Of a stretch of DNA of 33,209 nucleotides, positions 24,501 to 33,209 are shown piece after piece; within the stretch, counting starts at the first letter, position 1, and the number at the start of each line of letters is the position of its first letter. Under the pieces are notes generated by a model that searched no databases, had not been told where the DNA came from, and worked only from the letters and a program-made list of their open reading frames with translations. A program made the position numbers and the translations under genes. The stretch comes from Hydrurus foetidus (lineage: Eukaryota). Location of the stretch: assembly GCA_900617105.1 (NCBI GenBank), contig UYFQ01000385.1, positions 1 through 33,209 of the forward strand, written 5' to 3'.

Positions 24501-25680
24501 TTAGTGGGCCTTCTGGAGTGAGTCTAGAGTGTCGGTCACTTGCTGCACAATGTCTGATGTGCCGTATCCTTTCGCGCCGTCTGCGCCCTCAGCAACGATT
24601 TGTTCCTTGATCCATGCGCAGGTGGTCTTAAGTCCGACTCTGATTGGGATGGATGGGGCCCATCCGATCTTGGCCTTGATCATGGTGTTGTCACTGTTTC
24701 TGCCTCTCACACCCATGGGGCCGGGGATGTGCTTGATTGGTAGGTCCTTGCCCTCGAAACTCATCGCGATCTTCGCGAACTCGTTCATGTCCACCATTTC
24801 GTCGGTACCCAGATTGAGAGGCTCGTGGCAGTCGGAAAGCATGATTCTGATGGATCCCTCCACACAGTCATCGATGAACATGAAGGAGCGTGTCTGGAGT
24901 CCATCTCCCCACAGCTCGAATTCTTTGTCAGAAACAATCGCCTTACGGCAGAAGGCGGCGGGACTCTTCTCTCTGCCGCCTTTCCATGTTCCTCGGGGAC
25001 CGTACACGTTGTGGTAACGTGCGATGCGGGTCTTGATTGGGAAATCTTTGGCGTAAGCTAACGCCATCTCTTCAGCGTAAAGTTTTTCGAGACCGTAGGT
25101 GTCCTGAGGACGAGCGGGCCAGGCCATATCTTCGCTGAGACCGACATTCTCTGGATCCATCTGAAGTGCCTCGTTGTAGACACATGCGGTGGATGAATAG
25201 AAAAATCTGGGGACGTGGTTCTGTCTGGCGGCCTCCAACATGTTGAAGGAGATCATGGTGTTGTTGTAGAGAAGCACAGATTGATTCGACACGATGAAGC
25301 CCATGCCGCCCATATCAGCTGCAAGACTGTACACGTGCTGGCAACCAGCTGTCACTTTGATGCAATTCTCCAGGATGCGCAAGTCAACTTTGTGGAACTC
25401 GTTGCAAAATTCTGATTGCTTCATGAATTCATTTTCTTTCCAGTCCGCGCACACAACGTAGCAGCCCTATTGATAATATCTAATGCTGTTGAGACGGATT
25501 GCGGCTTATGGAGATTTGAAGTGCAGCAAAGTATGCGTGATGTACCTCTTCCATGAGCCTTTTGGCGATGTGTGAACCGATGAATCCGGCACCTCCGCCA
25601 ATGCACACTTTGATGACGCCATCGGCACCAATTTCTTCAGGATGGTTCTTCTTGAAATCGGATGCAAAAGTGTTTCCCAT
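24501..25680 (-). CDS. GME: GDP-D-mannose 3',5'-epimerase; exons 25680-25546, 25466-24501
   Basis: GGAGFIG, LAADMGGMGFI, YSSTACVY, YGLEK, GTWKGGREKSPAAFCRK, WGDGLQTRSF, GVRGRNSDN. Confidence 0.96.
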
Positions 25681-26041
25681 TGTATTGGCTCTTTTGTGTT
25701 GCTAAGTTGTGAGCAATATCGTGACGAAGGTTTTAATATTTCATACTTGGCGAAAGCGAAAGATACAAATATCAAATATTCCAATCCAAAATTTGGACAT
25801 TCTTTCTCGCATATGACTCGCACTCGCACGTCGCGTCGGGTATATATTCTTTCCTGTGGATGTAAAACCGCAATCGAATGTACGTACGCTCAGATTTTAT
25901 TTTATTCATACCTACGTGATATCCGTTGGACTTTTTTTTTAAATTTTGAAATTTTTGGATTACGACTTTTTCCAGAGGACGAATTTTTCCAGGACGTGGC
26001 CAACGGCTGCATACGGTACGATCCCCCCTCTCGGTACGATA

Positions 26042-26612
26042 CCGTAGTGACCGGATACTCCATAAACGGCTAACTTCATAATCGAGATCTTTTTATAAGA
26101 GCATCCGATTCTCACTGACAGTTTCCCAAAGGCAGATATTTAGGTATAATGAATTACTTTTTTACTTTTAAACTATCTAAAAACTTGTACTCTCCCCTCA
26201 TCCGTTCGCTTGTCTTCAGCAATTTCCGCATTCCTCGCATCGCTTCTTCTCTTTCTCGTGGCCAGTCTGATTGCCTCCCTCTGCTCTTCCATTTGAGAGC
26301 GTCGCATCTCTTTTTTGGCTGCTTCTGTTGCTTCCTTCTCCTCGTCTCTGAAATTCTGGACGCCTAAATTTGCCAAATGATGCTTATTCTTCACAGAACT
26401 GAAGAAGTTTCTGAGATCCATTTTGCGCCGAGTATTCGTGACTGACACTGTTGCCTGTGCTTTCTAATGTGAGTTTGACCGCCTACTTCATAATCGCTTG
26501 TCCTAATAATTTTGAAAAATTAATTATAACTGCATCCGGTTTGCAGTCAAGGTCCAACACCAGAATTATGAAGAACTTGTTGTTACGATTATGGAGTATC
26601 CGGTCACTACGG
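26042..26612. mobile_element. 571-bp non-autonomous TIR element with TA target duplication (Tc1/mariner superfamily, pogo-like CCGTA ends)
   Basis: TA|CCGTAGTGACCGGATACTCCATAA ... TTATGGAGTATCCGGTCACTACGG|TA, 24-bp perfect TIR; internal minus-strand ORF 26421-26173. Confidence 0.9.
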
Positions 26613-26811
26613 TAGACAGAACATTGGACAGAAGTTGAGTGTTGAGTTGAGTGTTGAGTTCTTGTTCCAGATTCCAACCAACCTTTAGATACTACACTAT
26701 ATCCTGTACGCAGCAGATAGCGAGATGGCTGCAGGCTGCTGGTACCTTACTCGCTATTTTACTACGCAATCTATTTCTTTTCGACCTCAGTCAACTTTGA
26801 GTCATTCTGCC

Positions 26812-27852
26812 ATGAAGTGCGGGAAATCAATCATATGTTGCCTACTCCTCCTCGGCATTCATTCGTCAACAAATACAGCGTTCACCGTCCCAGTGCTACT
26901 GAAATCAACATCAAAGTATAAAAGAGGCAGCCTCCCCAGCACCACATTTCACAAGCAGAATGCCATTATCAATATGAAATTTAGAGATTCTCCCTCAGCA
27001 TTACATGCTATTTTCGATGGTAAAGGAAGCACAGAATCCGCCACTCAATCTGTTGGAAATATTAACAGGCTCTTCACGCGCTGTTCATGGATAAGTTGGT
27101 ATGGTCGTGCTACTTCTCATCTAGAAATTTTTACAAATTTGACGAATTATGCACTACTGCAGGTGGTTTCAAATAGTTCTCAGCATTATAAGTGCGGTAA
27201 TCTTAACATTTGCCAACACCGTCCGGAGGGCAGGGTCTTCTCAGTCCCTATGGGCTTCTGGTTTTTCATTCAGCGCAATCGGTGTTGTAGTCGCTTTCGT
27301 CAATTGTTTCTGGACTTTCAGTAGCACCAGGTTGGCTCGAAGAGTATCTGCTAACAAGGTCGAAACCAAAAAAATCTTCCCAACTTTGAAGCGGTATTGC
27401 AAGACTTCAGTGATAATAAGCCTTGTCGGTCTCCTCATATCATTGATAGGTAAGAGTTTCGACCGATCGTATTCAATTACGCTGACTTCGACTGGAATTG
27501 TTCGACCTCTCCAATTCACCGAATTTTCTATTATGTTCCTTTTCACTACATAGGGGCTGAACAAATAGTTGGAAACTTGGCATCAAAAGTCTTAACATCG
27601 CAGGGGACTTTTATTCCAGTCATGAATGCTGGTGGGAGCGTAAGTGCTCTTCAAGCACTAGACATATTTCTTGTCCAAGCAAACACCAATGTTTTGGTAG
27701 CTCAGTTTGTGCCGTTGGTGTGCAATTTATTTCTTCAGACGCAAATACCACTCCAAGGAGGAAGTGGATTGAAATTATCAGATCTACAGGAACCGAATTC
27801 AGCTGTCGAAAAACCTACTGAGAATACCCCGTTAGTTCCAAAGCCGATTTAG
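26812..27852 (+). CDS. DUF3611 / TIC21-PIC1-like plastid membrane protein with bipartite targeting peptide; exons 26812-27098, 27163-27449, 27554-27852
   Basis: WISWWFQIVLSIISAVILTFA, GAEQIVGNLASK and ALDIFLVQANTN motifs; N-terminus MKCGKSIICCLLLLGIHSSTNTA-F followed by basic S/T-rich transit-like stretch. Confidence 0.85.
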
Positions 27853-27974
27853 AGAGCGTATTTTTGTCACATTTGCTGTTTTGTTGCGTCGGGACAGAGA
27901 ATTATGTAGTAGAAGATTTCCTGTACGTCGGGAAACTGAATAATTACACAGAAGTAATGATAGTACCAATTATC

Positions 27975-29061
27975 TTAATTTGTGGCATCTTCAACAATTT
28001 TCCCAACAACGGGATATTTCTTCACATCGATAAATCTCTTCTCCCAATCAGCAAGTGTTTTCTGCTGCTCAGGAGTGAGGTCGCTGAGATCTCTGCTCTT
28101 GAGATCCTCCTCTTTAAATGACATTTTAGCAAGCGCCTTAGACGCATCAATTCCAGCGAACAAGAAGTAGGGACCTCCTTTTCCGTACATCTCTTTCCCA
28201 CCGAAACTCACATCAATGACTTTCCCGTTGATGCCCATTAGTATAGGTGCATCTAGACGACCTTGAGGGATTTCCGTGCATTCCTTGTAGGTCAGCAACT
28301 CACTCAAAGAATAATCTTTAAACGGTAAGGGAGCGCTGACTCTGCCGATAATTGGGTAGCATTTGTAGTCCTTGAACTTCGAATACCAGTCATCTAAATT
28401 GCTCCTATCTAGGGCGTTCAAGTCATCCAAATTCGTGTTGCAGAGATCCGCCTCTTCGAATGACAACTTCGCCATCGCTCTAGTAGCCTCTCTGCCAGCG
28501 AAACAATTGTATCTAATAGTCGACGAAGATTGGATAAGTGACACAGGTGAGACTTTAAGCGAGGAAGGCATGGAATGATGAAATAGAAGTAACTTAAGAA
28601 TAATGAAGCTCCAGTGATATTCCAGAAGAGAGATGATTGAACTCACCCAGACCCTTCCCCATAGAATTCTCGTGCTGAAGATACGTCAAAGATGTCTCCC
28701 TTCAAGGCAATGTAGATGGGCTGCTCGCCTTTTCCATCGAAGATTCGCTGTAAATTCGAGAAGGAATGGTTTTAATACAGTGACGTTCAATCTAAGGACA
28801 ACTGGGAAAGGATTGCATCTGATTTCATTTAAATTCCAAAATATCTGTGGAACACGAGATACTGACCAGCTGCTCTATAGTATAATCCTTCAATTCAATT
28901 TCTTCCTTCTTCTCTTCGGAAGGTTTGCTGCTCTTCTCATCTGTATTCCCAGAGACAGCATTCATGAGCAAGTAGGACAGTCCCAGACATAAAATGGTGA
29001 CGCCACAAAAAAAGATTGTCTTGGTGTCACCCCCCTTTAGCTTTGCGAAAACAGACTCCAT
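27975..29061 (-). CDS. Membrane-associated progesterone receptor (MAPR) family protein with N-terminal TM helix and two cytochrome b5-like heme/steroid-binding domains; exons 29061-28867, 28747-28647, 28512-27975
   Basis: Domain 1 PIYIALKGDIFDVS...FYGEGSGYNCFAGREATRAMA...YPIIG; domain 2 PILMGINGKVIDVS...YGKGGPYFLFAGIDASKALA...YPVVG; start codon could lie further upstream. Confidence 0.88.
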
Positions 29062-29478
29062 CGTAAACTCTTTGAAAGCTATTCCGAACTCGGTGTCGTT
29101 GAACTTTTCAAGAAGTGACTCGATGATGTCGGAGATTCCGATGCGGCCCGAATGATTGTTTGAGAAGTCAGCCCCGAGAGGAACGTTTTTTCCTTCAACT
29201 TTGAAAGTAACCATAAGACTTGATAAATTTATTGGCGTTTGCAAATGTTCAGACTAAACTTCGGAGAACAATATTTGCTCTCTTGGGCCTGAAGGTATAC
29301 GTCACATACGGAAAATAACCGGGATGACGGTATTTCTCGGCCAAGATTACTTGATTCATATTTCTTATATTTCTTGTATTTCTTATTTTTGATTTTTGAT
29401 CTGATTGATCTCTGTTTTCTACAGCACTCTGTCATGTTGGCTGGTGCTGTTGCTGAGAAACGCTCGTCGATCGATTAA

Positions 29479-29700
29479 GGGTCGTATTCCATCACAAAAA
29501 AAAAATACGAAAAATACGAGATTTCGAAATACGAGATTTTTTTCACCACCCAAAAAAAATTGCAAAACGAGTTCCAGTACCGGGAATATGTCGACCCCTC
29601 GGGAAAATGTGGTACCATACCTCAATTTGCCGTACTCGACCAATAAGCCGCTCACACAGGAATTCCTTGTACCGGTACCATTTTTTTCTCAAAGTCGAAC
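29479..29700 (+). mobile_element. Candidate left terminus of a DNA transposon preceded by TTAA, with subterminal AATACGA and GTACC repeats
   Basis: TTAA|GGGTCGTATTCC then aaaatacga aaaatacgagattt cgaaatacgagattt; right end not in window. Confidence 0.4.
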
Positions 29701-29904
29701 ATACTCGAGCAACCAGATCACAATTCACCACAACTCCAGAAACGCTTACAATTACAACTATCAACCAATCAAGACGCCGTAAGGATTTTCTAGTAGCTGG
29801 TATCGTAGTCAGTCATCCACTGTAGCGGCGAAATCAAAATCGCAATCCTAATCGCGCAGTAGTTAAGGACATTCTGTATCGTTGACATCTTGTTTGTTTC
29901 ACTG

Positions 29905-31289
29905 ATGGGCATCAAGGATCTAATAAGTAAGATATTTCCAGACGAACTGAAGGTGGAAACAACTCTCGAAGTGTTGAAGAACAGAACTATGGGGGTAGAT
30001 GTCTCTAATTACATGTTCAAGTTGGTGACATCGAGGGACAATCTAGTCCGAGATTTTCACTCTGATCCTCGCGTCGATATTTCAGCTTACATAACTAAAT
30101 TCTGGGACTCATTTAAGAAGCTGTGCGACGGATTTTCTATTAAACTAGTATAGTACTAGATGGCCGGAGGAATCCAGCCAAATTCGACACCAACGTTCTC
30201 CGGGAATCGGAAAGAGCTGATGCATTTCAGAAACTAAATGCACTCCTTCAGACCGGTGACGAAGATGATGCAGAGAAAGTTCTGAAGCTCCAAAAATCAA
30301 CAATGTATATCTCGGAGGACATGCTACTCACTATCAAAACTTGGGCGGCAACGAATGCTGTTGTTTGCGTAATGTCGCTGTACGAAGCTGACGCTGGGCT
30401 GCAGCACCTAGAGGATATGGGTATAATGGATGGGACGTTTTCGGAAGATGGGGACTTCTTTCCTCTTAACAGTAAATCATGGGCTACAAAGGTCAGCATA
30501 ACAAAAGGCACGATGATACTTTTTGATAGTGAAGTTATCAGAGAGGCGTTATCCAAAAGACTTTCCACCGATGGTAGTATCATTATGACAGCCGATCATG
30601 GGCGAGTCCTCAGCGTGTTATTAGGGAGCGATTTTCTTGCACGACCAACAGGATTCGGACCGAAGAGTGTTGAGAGTTTCCTTTCCAAATGGATGGTATC
30701 ATCAGCAGATGAGAAGGAAAAAATGCTCCAGGAGATAGAAGTAGGAAAAAGAAAACGAAAAAATAGCGAAAGTGGGAGTGAGAACACAGATGCATTTCCC
30801 AATTACCGTGTGAAATTTTGGCACGCCTTCAACATGCTGAAACACCCTCCGGTATTCAAGTTTGATTCTTTAGACGATGATGCCAGTGTTCAAGTGGGTC
30901 TCCTCGGCATTGAGGACCTATTATTGACCGATGAATTCGTGATGGATAAGCTAGGACATAATCCGTTGAATGAGGTGCATGAGTTAGGAGATTTCAGAAA
31001 ACTGCTCTTCATGGATAACAACATCTTCATCAGAACGATGAGCCCACTGTTACCTGTAATGCAACCTCGCAATGCTGGAGGACTTTTATTGCCTTTGGGT
31101 AGTCAGCACAACTTTGTGAAGTGGCCACCATTAATGTGTCCCTCTGACATGCTCAACAGATGGTTGCGCGCTAGGGGGGTTCGCTATTCACCTGCTGTTG
31201 CTCACAGCGATCTAGTTCAGTCCGTTAAAAGTCTCCTCATTGAAATCACCCCGAGAGAAATTATACCCGTGGACGATCTTCCTGAGGAG
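29905..31289 (+). pseudogene. Intronless EXO1/XPG/FEN1-family 5' nuclease with a SAP-like motif; one frameshift near 30150 and truncated by LTR insertion at 31290
   Basis: MGIKDL, GVDVS, VLDGRRNPAK, YEADA, SEDGDF, LLGSDF, GFGPK; SAP-like MLNRWLRARGVRYSPAVAHSDLVQSV. Confidence 0.85.
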
Positions 31290-31485
31290 TGTAGCCGTCT
31301 GGGGCCCTCGGGACCTTGGACCCCATTCCGTCTGTTTGGGTTCATACCCAAACACACTGTAGACTTCTAGGTAGACTCCTAGCACCCTAGTAGGATGTTT
31401 CCCTGCTCATATATAGTTCAACAACCCCTTTGTAAGCCTAACCCAACACCTCCTAGCCCTCTAGCCTAGTTCCTTCAGGGCCACA
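31290..31485 (+). repeat. Candidate 5' LTR (196 bp)
   Basis: TGTAGCC...GGCCACA imperfect inverted termini, internal TATATAG, size similar to element 1 LTR; partner LTR not in window. Confidence 0.68.
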
Positions 31486-31496
31486 GTGACGTCACT
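31485..31496 (+). other. 12-bp perfect palindrome AGTGACGTCACT at the primer-binding-site position of Gypsy element 2
   Basis: Overlaps the last base of the candidate LTR, same register as in element 1. Confidence 0.7.
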
Positions 31497-32280
31497 TCCC
31501 ACTTCCCACCAGCTTCTATAGTTTCCTAGTGTTCATTCGTGTTTTTCGCCGTCTTCCAGTGCTTCGCTGGAAAGTTAAGAAATCCCTCGTGAAGAGGACT
31601 TTCCAGAGTTCCCTCTACTCAGAGATCGATTGTTTTTGGCGGAGCAACGTGCTATTCGAGAGGAACTCGAAAACCGCTGCCCAACTCCGGAGATTACCTA
31701 CGCCGACGACGATCCAGATCGTCCGCCTGACAATCCTCCGTCTAATCCATCAACTTTCACCGACCCACGTCCGTGGACAGTAGCTCCTACAGTCCTACGT
31801 CATTCTCTTGATAGAGAAACCGCGAGTTCATCGCTTTATAACGCCTCTAATTACTACTCTACTCCTTCCACACACCCAGCACTCTCTTGCGTAACCCCTG
31901 CACCTTCAGCTTTTAAGCGAAGTCGACCGGTTTTCAAACCGAGAACAGTTGAGAAGCGACTTCCAGCAAGTTCGCTCCGCTGTATACCGAGGTTTCAACA
32001 CGAAACCTTGTCGAATTTGTTGGAAACCAACGAATTTCTGAGTGTTACGCCTGTTTCTGTTTTGCAAACTCGACCAACTTATAAGTCGACATTCACACCG
32101 GTTCAACAAACCGAGTCAAACCTAAGCAATCCACTTAGAGAGAAAAACGTTCCGGGGTTATATCCCGTTGAGCGTGGAAACGCTTCTTACGAGGCGTCGG
32201 GAGATAGTTTTCTATACGAAAATCTCCAGAATATAATTCCAACACTTCGTGTGGAATTATTGACTGAAAACACTCACCCT

Positions 32281-33209
32281 ATGGTGAAGAAGAACCCTGT
32301 TCAGCCTTTACGGCGTGGATCTAACCCGCAAACAAGGCGGAGAAACCCCTTGATGGAGTCGGAGTATGAGAATTCAACTTTGGAAGAAAATTCTGATTTA
32401 CCCGCTTCATATGCGGATGATAACCCTGATGAGGGAGATATGGACATGGAATCCTTTCCTTCTGATCAACATCTGACTGATCTAGAAGAGTGTGGAGAGA
32501 TTCCATACGACGCCCAAAGTCCTTTTCAGGAACTTGTTGAAACCGAACCGTCGATTTCGAGTAGCTCGTCGAGCTCATCCAGCGTCATTGCTGTACCGCG
32601 GACTCCTGAACCTCGCGTTCCCGATCCTACCCTGCTTAACGCAGCAGTCGCACCCATCGTTAGCGATGGAGTACCACGTGAGAAACCACGTGAGCAACAG
32701 AGACAGATACCTCTCTCGCCCGTCGTCATCGACGTAGTACCCAACCCACAACCGAACCCTCAGTACAATATGGAACAGGTTACGACGGCGTTGAAGCAGA
32801 CAATGACTGGCGGTTTGAACCTACAGAAACCGTTATTCATCATTGATACCCCAGAGATAACTGGAGAACAAGCTGCCCAGTTTCAGAACCAAGCCAATCA
32901 ATGGCATGAGAACTTCCTGGTACACCAGGTGGTGGTTAACCCTGCCACCTATGTGGTACAGTATGCGTTCGCGAGCGATCCAGAGTTCACTCTCATCCCT
33001 CCAAGCAAATACTCAACATGGTACAATCATGTTACAGTCAAACAGGCTGCCCAAATCATAACCAAATACTTTGGCGACAGAAATGATATTGGTAGAACAC
33101 TCGTTGAGAACTTCTCACGACTTGAAATCTCTTTCTGTTACACCAACGCAGACATTGAGAGAAAATCCTTCATGGCTCTCAAGGCGTTAACAACGGTCTA
33201 TGAGAATAC
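32281..33209 (+). CDS. gag: Gag-like ORF of element 2, 3'-incomplete and absent from the ORF track because no stop lies in the window
   Basis: ITGEQAAQFQNQA...W...AAQIITKYFG...TLVENF...SFMALKALTTVYE versus element 1 ITPQDAESFFEQA...W...VAKLIMQYFG...TLAELF...TYMAYKELVTNYE. Confidence 0.82.
   Translation, partial: MVKKNPVQPLRRGSNPQTRRRNPLMESEYENSTLEENSDLPASYADDNPDEGDMDMESFPSDQHLTDLEECGEIPYDAQSPFQELVETEPSISSSSSSSSSVIAVPRTPEPRVPDPTLLNAAVAPIVSDGVPREKPREQQRQIPLSPVVIDVVPNPQPNPQYNMEQVTTALKQTMTGGLNLQKPLFIIDTPEITGEQAAQFQNQANQWHENFLVHQVVVNPATYVVQYAFASDPEFTLIPPSKYSTWYNHVTVKQAAQIITKYFGDRNDIGRTLVENFSRLEISFCYTNADIERKSFMALKALTTVYEN

Larger units (their letters stand above)
31290..33209 (+). mobile_element. 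Second Gypsy-like LTR retrotransposon (5' LTR plus gag), related to element 1, running off the window end
   Basis: Interrupts the nuclease ORF at TGTAGCC; candidate LTR ends GGCCACA; downstream ORF aligns by eye with element 1 Gag. Confidence 0.8.

Noticed and set aside
23554..25017. Two 162-aa plus-strand ORFs and similar antisense ORFs over pol, gag and the cNMP gene
   Set aside because: Shadow frames of well-supported opposite-strand genes
31290..31370. C-terminal 26 residues of the 355-aa ORF in the track
   Set aside because: They are read-through into the inserted LTR, not part of the nuclease
31487..31494. TGACGTCA as a bZIP/CRE or aureochrome-type binding site explaining the element 2 palindrome
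   Set aside because: Cannot be excluded, but it does not explain the different palindrome in the same register in element 1

Overview
Eukaryotic, intron-containing (GT-AG) genomic DNA, most likely from a plastid-bearing stramenopile (ochrophyte), judged from one protein with a signal peptide plus 'TAF' bipartite leader. Host genes: 3' end of methionine aminopeptidase 1, a COPI-associated/TVP15-like protein with two EF-hands, a double HMG-box protein, a TPR plus cNMP-binding protein, NECAP, GDP-mannose 3,5-epimerase (with a truncated tandem copy), a DUF3611/TIC21-like plastid protein and a two-domain MAPR cytochrome b5-like protein. Mobile DNA makes up about 40% of the window. A complete Mutator-like element (4086-13974, perfect 9-bp TSD) contains a full-length chromodomain Ty3/Gypsy element (5007-11812). 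There is also a 571-bp TA-flanked TIR element, an intronless EXO1/XPG-like nuclease ORF behind a TTAA-flanked candidate transposon end, and a second, related Gypsy element (from 31290) inserted into that ORF. The most striking observation: neither Gypsy element has a tRNA primer-binding site. Each has, at exactly the same register (last LTR base plus 11 nt), a perfect 12-bp palindrome of different sequence (AATAGTACTATT and AGTGACGTCACT), suggesting a conserved self-complementary, tRNA-independent priming or dimerisation mechanism. All calls come from reading the sequence by eye; no database searches were run.
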